From the IMG/VR virus record IMGVR_UViG_3300050821_014614: a stretch of DNA of 64,000 nucleotides; one strand, given 5' to 3'. The translations under genes were made by a program, and so were the position numbers. The DNA is from a virus. A model generated the notes under the pieces. The model had not been told where the DNA came from, did no database searches, and worked only from the letters and a program-made list of their open reading frames with translations. Shown here in pieces: positions 16,988-25,509 of the stretch (positions within the stretch are counted from its first letter, which is position 1; each line of letters begins with the position of its first letter).

Positions 16988-17024
16988 GCAACCCATTGCA
17001 ACCAACGACAACCCGCTGCAACCC
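16988..17024 (+). repeat. four direct GCAACC(C) repeats phased at exactly 10 bp (iteron/operator-like)
   Basis: GCAACCC 16988, GCAACCA 16998, ACAACCC 17008, GCAACCC 17018; related TTGCAG at 16973. Confidence 0.6.
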
Positions 17025-17033
17025 GAGGCGGCG

Positions 17034-17585
17034 ATGCTCACGAAACCGGAAGCCTGCGAGCTGCTCGGCAAGTCTGAGCGCACGGTGAATACTTACATGT
17101 CGAGCGGCCGCCTCGCGTTTCGAACGATCGGCGGCAAAGTCATTTTCGACCGCGCCAATGTCGAGCGGCTGAAGGCAGATCTCGAAACGCCGGTGGTGCG
17201 CGGTGCTGTGGCCAGGCCAGCATGGAACCCGCCGCCTATATCGCAAAAAAGTGATAACGCGGCTTTAGGGCCACACCAGGGACAAGATACCGGCGCGCTC
17301 GCGCGCATCGATCCGGAAAATGTGAAGACCGTAGCGGACGCGTTCGCCGCGGCGCTTCGAAGCGGGTTGCAGCCGCTCGAACCGAGGCCGGTGACGAAAC
17401 CCTGGCTCACGCTGGCTGAGGCGGTCGAGTATTCGGGCCTGCCGGCCTCATATCTGATGAGCCAGGCGAGAGCGTCGCAGGATGCCGATGTTACCACCGA
17501 CCGCGGGATTGTAGTGATCAATGTCGGCAGCGATAAACAGCATCGGTGGCGATTTCAGCGCGACTCGTTGGGAGGTGCGACATGA
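17034..17585 (+). CDS. DNA-binding protein with two MerR/excisionase-type HTH domains
   Basis: LTKPEACELLGKSERTVNTYMSSGRLAFRTIGGKVIFDRANVERL and WLTLAEAVEYSGLPASYLM...WRFQRDSL; alternative start 16929. Confidence 0.65.
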   Translation: MLTKPEACELLGKSERTVNTYMSSGRLAFRTIGGKVIFDRANVERLKADLETPVVRGAVARPAWNPPPISQKSDNAALGPHQGQDTGALARIDPENVKTVADAFAAALRSGLQPLEPRPVTKPWLTLAEAVEYSGLPASYLMSQARASQDADVTTDRGIVVINVGSDKQHRWRFQRDSLGGAT

Positions 17586-17830
17586 TATTTCCGACCCCGG
17601 AGGAACTGCGCGCGGCGCATGATTCCATCGAAAAGGACGGACCGAACGCGAATACTACAATGGCGCTGTCAATACTCATTCTGCGCGACCCGCACCTGAA
17701 AGCGGTTGTCGATCGCCTGACGCCGATCGGAGCGCCCATGGTGAGCCAGGGGATCATAATGGCCGCGATAGCGACGGGCCTGAACTACGCCCTCCGTGTC
17801 CACGAACAACGCATTGCGAGGGTGTCGTGA
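17582..17830 (+). CDS. hypothetical protein
   Basis: Trimmed to ATG 17582 (ATGA overlap, GGAGG SD). Confidence 0.5.
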   Translation: MIFPTPEELRAAHDSIEKDGPNANTTMALSILILRDPHLKAVVDRLTPIGAPMVSQGIIMAAIATGLNYALRVHEQRIARVS

Positions 17831-18006
17831 ATCTCGCGCCGCCCCAGCGCGTCGAGGCGAAGGCAGTGAAGCCCAATCCGGATGGCGGAGCCACTTGCCC
17901 GTGCGGTAAAGAATTCTCGGGTAAGTTCTGGATCTGTTTGAGGTTTTTCGGTTACGTCTGTTGTGACAGGTGTGGACGGGAATTCCAGGGAAAGGCGGCC
18001 ACATGA
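17827..18006 (+). CDS. 59-aa zinc-ribbon-like protein (below track threshold)
   Basis: GTG 17827 (GTGA overlap) to TGA 18006 (ATGA overlap); CPCG...CCDRCG. Confidence 0.45.
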   Translation: MNLAPPQRVEAKAVKPNPDGGATCPCGKEFSGKFWICLRFFGYVCCDRCGREFQGKAAT

Positions 18007-18242
18007 GCCAGCTCGATCATGAATCCGACGACCAATCTGCTGCAGCTAACGCGTTGGTCCGCAAGTTCGGGCCGCGCGGTTTAATAAGTGAGTCGGGGGA
18101 GCGCTGGCGCATCGGCTCGAAGATTCCTATCAATGTCTACGCGGGCGACCGACCCGTTTGTCAGTGTCATACCACCGACGATGCGAATCTGATCGTGTTG
18201 GCCGTTAATGCGCTGCTCGAAAGCCGGGAGCGTTTTAAATGA
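18003..18242 (+). CDS. hypothetical protein
   Basis: Trimmed to ATG 18003 (MSQLDHESDD...). Confidence 0.5.
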   Translation: MSQLDHESDDQSAAANALVRKFGPRGLISESGERWRIGSKIPINVYAGDRPVCQCHTTDDANLIVLAVNALLESRERFK

Positions 18243-18766
18243 GCTGCCCTTTCTATGGCGCGTCGCTTTATTTCAAGCCCGGCGTAAACGAAGGCGGCGT
18301 GCTGTTTAATTGCGGCGGGAACCGCTGCGCGTTAATCACATCGGCGCACTCTCCCTGCTGGATGGAGGTCGGCGAATCGCGCCCGCCCGACTGGGAGGCG
18401 TGCCCGCGCAATCCGGAATACCCGGCGCACGCCTTCGCAGAGTTCGCTGGCGATCCGAACGAGCGATTGCGTTTCTCGGATTGCGTTAGCTTCCTGGTCG
18501 GGATGCAGCGTTCCCGCGCCGAGTTCCGCGAGGTGGCGCAGCTGGCAAACCGCGCGGGGCTGGAGGGTTTCGAGTTTGAGGGGTTGGAGATGGGGCTCGA
18601 TAGCGATCTGGCTTTCAGTGCACCGCGTGACACGCCGCTCGACAAGCTTTGTAGCATCCGGGTCACGTATCGGAAGAGCCCCACGCGCTGCGGGCACTGC
18701 GGCGCGCCTGTCGCCGATCCGTCAAAGCACGCCTGCGAAGACGCGGGTCGAAAGGCGGACACGTGA
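18239..18766 (+). CDS. hypothetical Cys-rich protein
   Basis: 175 aa; coupled by 4-nt overlaps on both sides. Confidence 0.55.
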   Translation: MSCPFYGASLYFKPGVNEGGVLFNCGGNRCALITSAHSPCWMEVGESRPPDWEACPRNPEYPAHAFAEFAGDPNERLRFSDCVSFLVGMQRSRAEFREVAQLANRAGLEGFEFEGLEMGLDSDLAFSAPRDTPLDKLCSIRVTYRKSPTRCGHCGAPVADPSKHACEDAGRKADT

Positions 18767-18990
18767 AATTCCGTCAGAACCTCGATACGACCAACCGGCT
18801 GCTGAATGACCCCGCCACGACTGCGATGGGCGGCTATTCGATCGGCATTGTGTCTTCGCTGGCGGAGCAGGAAGGCGTCGTCGCGCCCGACGCGTTGCTT
18901 GAGGCCGCAGCGCAATGCCAGACCGTCAAGGAGGCAGTTGATCTGTTTCGGAGCTGCGTTGACCTCCGGAGGGGTAAGGCCTCCACGTGA
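18763..18990 (+). CDS. hypothetical protein
   Basis: 75 aa; coupled to the ATPase gene. Confidence 0.5.
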   Translation: MKFRQNLDTTNRLLNDPATTAMGGYSIGIVSSLAEQEGVVAPDALLEAAAQCQTVKEAVDLFRSCVDLRRGKAST

Positions 18991-20789
18991 AGGGACTTCA
19001 TCTCTCTGACGATCTGACGCTGCCTCTCGATGCGGTCACGTCCACGCTGATCGTTTACGGCGGGAAGGGAATGGGTAAGACAAATCTCGGCACCGTCTTC
19101 TGCGAGGAACTGTCCGCAGCGAACCAGCGCTTCTCCGTCATCGATCCGATGGGCGTGTTTTGGGGATTGCGCCATTCGGCCGACGGCAAAGGCCGCGGTA
19201 TCGAAGTTCTGATTCTCGGCGGTAAACACGGCGACATGCCGATCGAGCCCACCGGCGGCGCCGTCGTTGCCGACCTGGTGGCGGACGAATCGATCAGCGT
19301 CATTATCGACATATCCAGAAAACCGGATGGGAAGATGTGGGCGCGCGGCGAACGAACCCGCTTTGTCGCCGATTACTGCACGCGCCTCTATGAACGCCAG
19401 GGTGAACGCCGGCGGCCGCTGATGCAGATCATCGACGAGGCCGGCCGCTTTTGTCCGGAGCAGATCCGCAAGGATGAGATCGACATGGCGCGCTGTCTTG
19501 GCGCAGTGGCTTCGCTCGTGGAGGAAGCGAGAAACGTCGGCGTGGGGGTGATGCTCATAACCCAGCGATCGGCGCGCATGAGCAAAGCGGTGTCGGAACT
19601 CGCCGATGCGATGTTCGCATTCCGCACCGTGGGGCCCCGATCAGTGGATGCGATTCTCGACTGGTTCGGCGATCACGTGCCTAAGGAGCGCTGGAAGGAA
19701 CTGATCGGCCAGCTCCGGGCGCTCCCTCGCGGTACCGCGCTGGTCGTGTCGCCCGGCTGGCTGGAGTTTGAAGGCCAGGCTGCGATTCGCATGCGCGCAA
19801 CGTTCGATTCATCCGCTACGCCGAAGGCCGGCAAAGAACAGCACGCCTCCGGATCGGGCGCGATACCCGATCTTTCGCGTTATGCGGCGCGGATGGCGGA
19901 AACCATCGAGCGCGTCAAGGCGGACGATCCGCGCGAGCTCCGCCGCCAGATCGCGGAGCTGAAGAAGCAAATCGCGAAACCGCCGGCAGCAGCTGCTCCC
20001 GCGAAAGCGGCAAAGGCGCCTGCCGCGTCGAGAGAGGACCTGGACAAAGCCACAATGCGCGGCGCCATGCAGATGGCCAACCAGATGTCGCGGGAATTCA
20101 AGGTGATCATCGGACCGGTTCGCAAAGGGTTACTGCAAGGCATTGCAACCCTTCGCAAGGCTGCCGCTGAACTCGAGGCGGCGCTTCCGCCCGAAACGAT
20201 CGAATTCAAGGCGATGGTGAACCTGCCTACCGCCGCGCCTCCGGATCCGCCCGCAGTTCGGCCGCCGGCACGGCCCGTTGTCAGGCAACCGGCGCCGTCT
20301 GCAGTTCCGCGCGACAGCAGCAACGGAACGCTGCCTGGACCTGAACGCAAAATTCTGACCGCTCTCGCCCAGTATCCGGACGGCCTCACCAAGCAGCGGC
20401 TGGGCGCGCTGGCCGGATATACCGTCAATGGCAATTTCTATAACCTGCTCGGCGCGCTGCGGGCGAAAGGCGCCGTCACGCCGAAGGGAGTGGATCCGAT
20501 TGCGATCACGAACGAAGGACTGGAAACGCTCGGACCGTTCGAGCCACTACCGACAGGCCGCGCCCTTCGCGAATACTGGCTGAACAAAATCAGCGCGCCT
20601 GAAGCAAAAGTGCTGAAGGTTTTGTTCGATGCGTATCCCGCTGAGATGACGAAGGAAGATCTCGCCTCGCAATCCGGATACGTGGTCAATGGCAATTTCT
20701 ACAACCTACTCGGCGGGTTGCGAAGCCGCGGACTGATGACGCCGAAAGGCACGAGCCCGCGCGCCGCGCACGAGATGTTCGAAGAATGA
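18987..20789 (+). CDS. P-loop NTPase, HerA/FtsK-like, with duplicated C-terminal winged-helix-like module
   Basis: Walker A VYGGKGMGKT, Walker B LMQIIDEAGRF; C-terminal repeats ...GYTVNGNFYNLLGALRAKGAVTPKG and ...GYVVNGNFYNLLGGLRSRGLMTPKG. Confidence 0.7.
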   Translation: MKGLHLSDDLTLPLDAVTSTLIVYGGKGMGKTNLGTVFCEELSAANQRFSVIDPMGVFWGLRHSADGKGRGIEVLILGGKHGDMPIEPTGGAVVADLVADESISVIIDISRKPDGKMWARGERTRFVADYCTRLYERQGERRRPLMQIIDEAGRFCPEQIRKDEIDMARCLGAVASLVEEARNVGVGVMLITQRSARMSKAVSELADAMFAFRTVGPRSVDAILDWFGDHVPKERWKELIGQLRALPRGTALVVSPGWLEFEGQAAIRMRATFDSSATPKAGKEQHASGSGAIPDLSRYAARMAETIERVKADDPRELRRQIAELKKQIAKPPAAAAPAKAAKAPAASREDLDKATMRGAMQMANQMSREFKVIIGPVRKGLLQGIATLRKAAAELEAALPPETIEFKAMVNLPTAAPPDPPAVRPPARPVVRQPAPSAVPRDSSNGTLPGPERKILTALAQYPDGLTKQRLGALAGYTVNGNFYNLLGALRAKGAVTPKGVDPIAITNEGLETLGPFEPLPTGRALREYWLNKISAPEAKVLKVLFDAYPAEMTKEDLASQSGYVVNGNFYNLLGGLRSRGLMTPKGTSPRAAHEMFEE

Positions 20790-21085
20790 AGCCACTAACC
20801 CGCCGCCGACTTTTCGCCCTCCTCGCCGCATTCGCTGGCCGCCTGTTCGCGCAGCCGAAACCAAACGCGCTTCCGCTGCTGATCGATGTGGGGCCCGGCA
20901 AGAATGTGACGATCACGTTTCGCGGATACGATAACGCCAGCCTGACCGGAGTAGTCGTCGACGTGTTGATGTCCAGCGAAGACGCGGCCGCGCGGGCACG
21001 GCTGACACATGTCCTCGGAACGGCGACAGGGCTGACAGTGATTCTCACGACTAGCCGCGATAGAATCACGCCTGCGCCGAAATGA
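20786..21085 (+). CDS. exported protein
   Basis: 99 aa; MKPLTRRRLFALLAAFAGRLFAQ signal peptide. Confidence 0.55.
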   Translation: MKPLTRRRLFALLAAFAGRLFAQPKPNALPLLIDVGPGKNVTITFRGYDNASLTGVVVDVLMSSEDAAARARLTHVLGTATGLTVILTTSRDRITPAPK

Positions 21086-21145
21086 GCGCGCGCGGTCGCT
21101 GATATTTTCCTTACGCTCGGGCGCTGAACCTGTCAGACTTGGGCG

Positions 21146-21508
21146 GTGAACCTCTTCGGCTTCAGCGGCGCGACGACCAGCCAGATCGCGCTGCTTCAGG
21201 CGACGGCTAACCAGATCGTCGCTACCCTCCAAACCCTGCAAGCTCAAGGAGCTATTTTAATGGGCACCACCGCAAACATTCTCGCCGCGCAGCAAAAGAC
21301 AGCCGCTGACCTTACGGCCCTCTCAACCTCCACCAAGGCTTTAATTGCCGCGTTCGCTGCCGGAACTATTACACCCGCCGACGCAGCGACGATTCTCGCA
21401 AACGAAGCGGCGGAAGACACCGGCGCTAACACCCTCAATACCAGCATTCAGGCTGTGCTCAATCCGCCGGCAACCGGTGGCCCGCCCGCCTCGCAGCCAA
21501 CCGCGTAA
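21146..21508 (+). CDS. Ala/Thr-rich hypothetical protein
   Basis: GTG 21146; alternative ATG 21260 has a strong AAGGAG SD. Confidence 0.45.
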   Translation: MNLFGFSGATTSQIALLQATANQIVATLQTLQAQGAILMGTTANILAAQQKTAADLTALSTSTKALIAAFAAGTITPADAATILANEAAEDTGANTLNTSIQAVLNPPATGGPPASQPTA

Positions 21509-21510
21509 AT

Positions 21511-22275
21511 ATGAAGTGTCTGTTGTTATTCGCGCCGGCGGTGTTCTGCTTCGCGCAGACGCCGCCGCCCGCGGTCTCGCCGCCCGCGATCTCAGCTTTT
21601 TATCGCCTCGCGGGGCAGGCCGTTAGTCCGGACGAAGGTAAGACGTCGGGGTTCGTCCAGTACAAATGGGCGCTCGTCGACTCTCCGCTCACGTTCACGT
21701 TCGACCTTGCAGGCGCGCCACACCTGGGGGTTTCCGGCGCTGTCGGCGCAACAGGTCCGTCTGGCGCGGATGGCCTGCCGGGCACCGCAGGTCCTGCAGG
21801 AGCTTCAGGCGCGCCTGGCGCAACCGGTCAGCAGGGCGGCGCTGGTGCTGCAGGCGCGGCCGGAGCTGCAGGTCCGCCCGGCGCGACGGGCGCAGCGGGC
21901 TCCGTCGTCGGCATGACGGTCGAAACCGGCTGCGCTACTGCCGCTGGCTGTGTTGTACTCGGAACCGCGACCACGCTCGATGTCGAGCCCGGCATCGGCA
22001 CGCTCTGCGTACCGCAGCTCGATCCAACCAAAGGCGTGATGACGTTGCAGTGCAGCAGCGACACGTCGATCATCGCATATCGGGTTGATGTTCCCACCGG
22101 CGCCGGCCCTTGCGTCGATCCGCTTGATAAACACGCCTACGGTGCAAGCGTGTGGGCTTCAGACGCATCCGGCTTTTACACTTGTGTGCTGCCCCCCGGA
22201 ACGGTGTTGCCCTTGGCGCCAGGCGTGCCGCTGGTCCTCGTGTGGTCTCGCACCGCGGCGACTGTGAGCTGGTAA
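21511..22275 (+). CDS. secreted collagen-like repeat protein
   Basis: MKCLLLFAPAVFCFAQ signal peptide; about 60 aa of G-X-Y triplets (GAVGATGPSGADGLPGTAGPAGASGAPGATGQQG...). Confidence 0.7.
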   Translation: MKCLLLFAPAVFCFAQTPPPAVSPPAISAFYRLAGQAVSPDEGKTSGFVQYKWALVDSPLTFTFDLAGAPHLGVSGAVGATGPSGADGLPGTAGPAGASGAPGATGQQGGAGAAGAAGAAGPPGATGAAGSVVGMTVETGCATAAGCVVLGTATTLDVEPGIGTLCVPQLDPTKGVMTLQCSSDTSIIAYRVDVPTGAGPCVDPLDKHAYGASVWASDASGFYTCVLPPGTVLPLAPGVPLVLVWSRTAATVSW

Positions 22276-22371
22276 AGCGCCTATTTTTCTGTCGACGCGT
22301 GAGCTCCCGCGGGCACTGGCTGAAATTTGCCAAGCCGCAGCGGCCGGGTGAAACAGACGAAAGGCAAGGAA

Positions 22372-22605
22372 ATGAAGCACAGGCGCGCGATACCCTGGCA
22401 CGTAGAGTTGCGGACGCTTCTTCTGACGCCGCTCACAGGCAAAGAGATCGCGTTCCAGATGGGAATTACGCTCGGCACTTTGAAGGTCTACGCGGGCAGG
22501 CTCTATAGAACGCTCGGGGTGCACAACCGCATTGAGCTGATGGCCGGCGAGATCGACCGGATGAAAGCGTCAAATAGTCCTCTCCCGCTGGCTACCGGCC
22601 GGTAA
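22372..22605 (+). CDS. LuxR/GerE-type HTH regulator (HTH-only)
   Basis: Trimmed to ATG 22372 (AAGGA SD); LTGKEIAFQMGITLGTLKVYAGRLYRTLGVHNRIEL. Confidence 0.65.
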   Translation: MKHRRAIPWHVELRTLLLTPLTGKEIAFQMGITLGTLKVYAGRLYRTLGVHNRIELMAGEIDRMKASNSPLPLATGR

Positions 22606-22612
22606 GCGCCCT

Positions 22613-22759
22613 TTAAATTCGGTCGCGGCCAAACAGCACGAGCAGCACCACCACAAGCAGAACGATTCCGAGGCCGCCGCCGGCGCCCCAGTGGTTATAG
22701 CCGTAGTAGCCACCGCCGCCACCAAACACCAGCAACAGCAAAATCAGAAGTAGGAGCAT
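22613..22759 (-). CDS. 48-aa Gly-rich two-helix membrane protein, DUF3309-like (below track threshold)
   Basis: MLLLLILLLLVFGGGGGYYGYNHWGAGGGLGIVLLVVVLLVLFGRDRI. Confidence 0.5.
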   Translation of the reverse strand: MLLLLILLLLVFGGGGGYYGYNHWGAGGGLGIVLLVVVLLVLFGRDRI

Positions 22760-22792
22760 CAATCCAGTGTTTCAGATAATGCCGGACGATCG

Positions 22793-23422
22793 GTGGCGTC
22801 AGTGACGCATTACATGGGCCGCGTTGCTGATCACAGCCCGGCTCTGGTGATGACGGACCTTTCGAGCGCACAATGTACGCATGCGCATTGGTATCGAGAT
22901 GGCTGGCGGGACGGAAGGCAGAAGCTGCGATGTACGCGCTGCCGGATGGGTACGATCGTCGGAGTGCGACCCAGCCGGTTAGTGAAGCTTTCCATTCTCG
23001 GCCCGAATTATGTGGCCGGTTTGAGTATCAAACAGGCGATGAAAAAGACCGGCTATACCTACGGGTGCGTACAGCGAATCTATATACTGCTCCGCGCCAG
23101 AGCTAGCGTGCTTTGTCCATGCGGGCGGTCGGCAAGTCACAGCGGCCGATGCAGGGCGCGGCGGGAGAAGGAAGTGAAACGCGAAACACCCTGGCACGTG
23201 GAATTGCATGCCCTGCTACTCACAGACCTGAGTGGCAAACACATCGCTCGCGCGATGGGTATTACCTATGGCACGCTCCACAGTTATACGAATCAGCTTT
23301 ACCAGAAATTAAACGTGCATGATCGCGTGGACCTTATGTCGCGAGAAATCGAAAGACTGAAGGTTGCCGCTTCGCGTGCGAGTCCGGTGGATAAAAAATG
23401 GGACAACGATGACCAGCACTGA
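22793..23422 (+). CDS. LuxR-type HTH regulator with N-terminal zinc-ribbon/HTH extension
   Basis: C-terminal 65 aa paralogous to ORF 22372-22605 (TPWHVELHALLLTDLSGKHIARAMGITYGTLHSY...); N-terminal C..H...C..C motif. Confidence 0.6.
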   Translation: MASVTHYMGRVADHSPALVMTDLSSAQCTHAHWYRDGWRDGRQKLRCTRCRMGTIVGVRPSRLVKLSILGPNYVAGLSIKQAMKKTGYTYGCVQRIYILLRARASVLCPCGRSASHSGRCRARREKEVKRETPWHVELHALLLTDLSGKHIARAMGITYGTLHSYTNQLYQKLNVHDRVDLMSREIERLKVAASRASPVDKKWDNDDQH

Positions 23423-23616
23423 AGCGTATAAAGCCGGCATCGGCCCGACTACTCCATTACCTGAACTTTGCGGCCCTTCCTTTAGCGTCGCGCCATTCGA
23501 AGTTTCCTGTGCTTCGGCCGCGCGTCTGCGCGCCTCGATTCAAGCCGCGGCGTGATATTTCTGTGCGCGGTCACAAACCTGAAAAAGCTGTCTGCGAATT
23601 TAAGTATCATCTGGTC

Positions 23617-24672
23617 TCACGCCGCTTTCTTCGCCGGCGCCGCCGGCGTTCCGCGTTCGTAGCTCGTCACGGTGCGCGATCCGGTTTGCGCCACCGATGT
23701 AACGCTGGCCGCCACGTCCGCCGAAACGTGCTCGGCAAGATCCTTCAGTGTCGTCTGCGCAAATGTGCCGAACAGTTTGACTCCCACTTTTTTAATTAAG
23801 GCCGGGATATCGAAGCTGCTGACATTACTGCGCGGTCCGATCAGCACGGTGAAGCGATCGCCCGACGCTTCGAAGCCTCTGGTTGCATCGGCATCGTCGT
23901 AGAGCTCGCGCGCCCATTTGCGAAGATTCGTCTGCCGGGTGAGTTTCGATTTCAGTGGCGCGAAAAACTGGTCTAATTCGCCCAGCTCGTCGAGGTTCTT
24001 TCTGCGATCCGCCTCGAGCGCTGCAGCCGCGGATGTGGGGATAACTTTACTGGATTTGGGCACACCGCTATATCGGCGCGGCGCCTGCGAACCGTGCACG
24101 CCGGTGCGGAACCGCAACTCCGCGATCGCTTCGCTGTGCCGCTCTGCGACCCATCGCAGGGAATGGCCCATCGCCTTGGCGATCGCCGGCATCGTCATTT
24201 CGGCCGAACCGTAGCGCATCGATAGAATGCGCCGCTGATCGGCCGATAACCAGGTTGTGGCCGCAATCGTTTTCAGGAGTTGCTCACGGGTGTGCGCGTC
24301 CCGTTCCTGGTTGGCCACTGTCGGCGCACAGGCTACGCCAGGCGCGTCGTCTTCGTTTTCGCCGGTACTGAGCGGAAGACACGTGCCGGCGGTGTAGTGG
24401 CGCCCGGTGACAGCGTCCAGCATGGCGCCGCGGATCCGCTTACGGGCGAAACACACGAACGGCACGGGTTTCGGGAAGCCAGAGCGCTGGTGCGCGGCCG
24501 GGTTATATTGCGTGGCGGCGCGGAGCAGACCGATCACGCCTTCCTGTACGAGATCCTCGACCGGAAACGAAGGCGGCAGGGTTCGGCTCAGACCGCGGGC
24601 GATATGCCGGATCAGGGGCAGGTGCGCGTCCACAAGTTCGGTGTGGCACAATGTATTGTTTTTCACTGCCAT
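23617..24672 (-). CDS. sigma-70 family sigma factor (group-3/FliA-like) fused to a roughly 170-aa C-terminal domain of unknown function
   Basis: Region 2 EDLVQEGVIGLLRAATQYNP..FARKRIRGAMLDAV, region 4 LSADQRRILSMRY..TMPAIAKAMGHSLRWVAERHSEAIAELR; trimmed to ATG 24672. Confidence 0.7.
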   Translation of the reverse strand: MAVKNNTLCHTELVDAHLPLIRHIARGLSRTLPPSFPVEDLVQEGVIGLLRAATQYNPAAHQRSGFPKPVPFVCFARKRIRGAMLDAVTGRHYTAGTCLPLSTGENEDDAPGVACAPTVANQERDAHTREQLLKTIAATTWLSADQRRILSMRYGSAEMTMPAIAKAMGHSLRWVAERHSEAIAELRFRTGVHGSQAPRRYSGVPKSSKVIPTSAAAALEADRRKNLDELGELDQFFAPLKSKLTRQTNLRKWARELYDDADATRGFEASGDRFTVLIGPRSNVSSFDIPALIKKVGVKLFGTFAQTTLKDLAEHVSADVAASVTSVAQTGSRTVTSYERGTPAAPAKKAA

Positions 24673-24676
24673 ACTG

Positions 24677-25024
24677 ATGAACGAGATGATCGTACCGCGA
24701 AAAAAGGCCGTGCCCGCACACTGTAACCCCCGAGTGACAGGCCGCAACGGAGTGTCGCAGACGGTGGCGCGGACCATCCTCGTGTGGCTGGAGCGTATCG
24801 GGAAGAATCAGACCTGGCTTGCCGAAGAGTCAGGCTTGTCGCGCAAACGCGTAAACGAGATCGCCGCCGGACGGCAGAGTGAGATCCACGCCAGCACCCT
24901 TTTCCGGCTGGCGCTGGCACTTAAGCTCACGCCGAACGTGTTGTACGGGTACGCGCATCCGGATTATGTTGTGCACCCGAAGTTCACGCCAGGAGCGGCC
25001 CGGGTTTTTCACGGGCTGGTGTAG
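24677..25024 (+). CDS. XRE/Cro-CI family HTH regulator
   Basis: QTWLAEESGLSRKRVNEIAAGRQSEIHASTLFRLALAL. Start uncertain: ATG 24677 is only 5 nt from the divergent sigma start, and GTG 24752 is possible. Confidence 0.65.
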   Translation: MNEMIVPRKKAVPAHCNPRVTGRNGVSQTVARTILVWLERIGKNQTWLAEESGLSRKRVNEIAAGRQSEIHASTLFRLALALKLTPNVLYGYAHPDYVVHPKFTPGAARVFHGLV

Positions 25025-25025
25025 G

Positions 25026-25077
25026 ACAAACTCCGATTTCGGGGTTTGTGACGGTCACAAACTCGGTTCGGGTTTGC
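25026..25077. promoter_or_regulatory. nested palindromes built from ACAAAC/GTTTGT half-sites (operator-like)
   Basis: ACAAAC 25026, GTTTGT 25044, perfect 19-bp palindrome GTTTGTGAC-G-GTCACAAAC at 25044-25062, GTTTGC 25072. Confidence 0.5.
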
Positions 25078-25472
25078 GGCGGTTTTTCCCCGCCTGCGGT
25101 CGCAGCCGCCTCGTTCGGATCAGGCGCGGGAGGGTCGGAACGGCATCACGCCCATTTATAGGACGGGTTTTGCCCGGAGCTGGCACGTTGCCTGTCCATG
25201 ACTTAAAGAGTTCGGACGCGTAGCGGCCGTTCCTTTGGTTTTTAATTCAGAGCTGGATCTAAAACTGGTGGTCTGAGCGAAGCGATATCAATTCCGGAAG
25301 CGGAGCGACGCTTGCGGCGCGACTTCCTTAAATTCTGTCTCTTCTGTGAGAAACACCCACCCACCCGCAGGCCAGGGGGAGGGAGTCTTGAGCTTCAGAA
25401 TCTTCAATAAGGTATGTCGCCGCTAAGTAGTAGCTGTACTTCGTTTTCTGGCGTCTGCACTTCGCCAAAAGC

Positions 25473-25509
25473 GAACTGTAGTTCCGCGCAGTTCTGGAAC
25501 TGGAGTTCC
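25473..25509. promoter_or_regulatory. two GAACT-NN-AGTTCC palindromes with an extra half-site
   Basis: GAACTGTAGTTCC at 25473-25485 and GGAACTGGAGTTCC at 25496-25509, with AGTTC at 25490. Confidence 0.4.

Noticed and set aside
23567-25062. Identical 11-mer CGGTCACAAAC at 23567-23577 and 25052-25062, flanking the sigma/XRE module (possible insertion scars or extra operator).
   Set aside because: An 11-mer match somewhere in 64 kb is expected by chance many times over. Only the 25044-25062 copy is part of a real palindrome.
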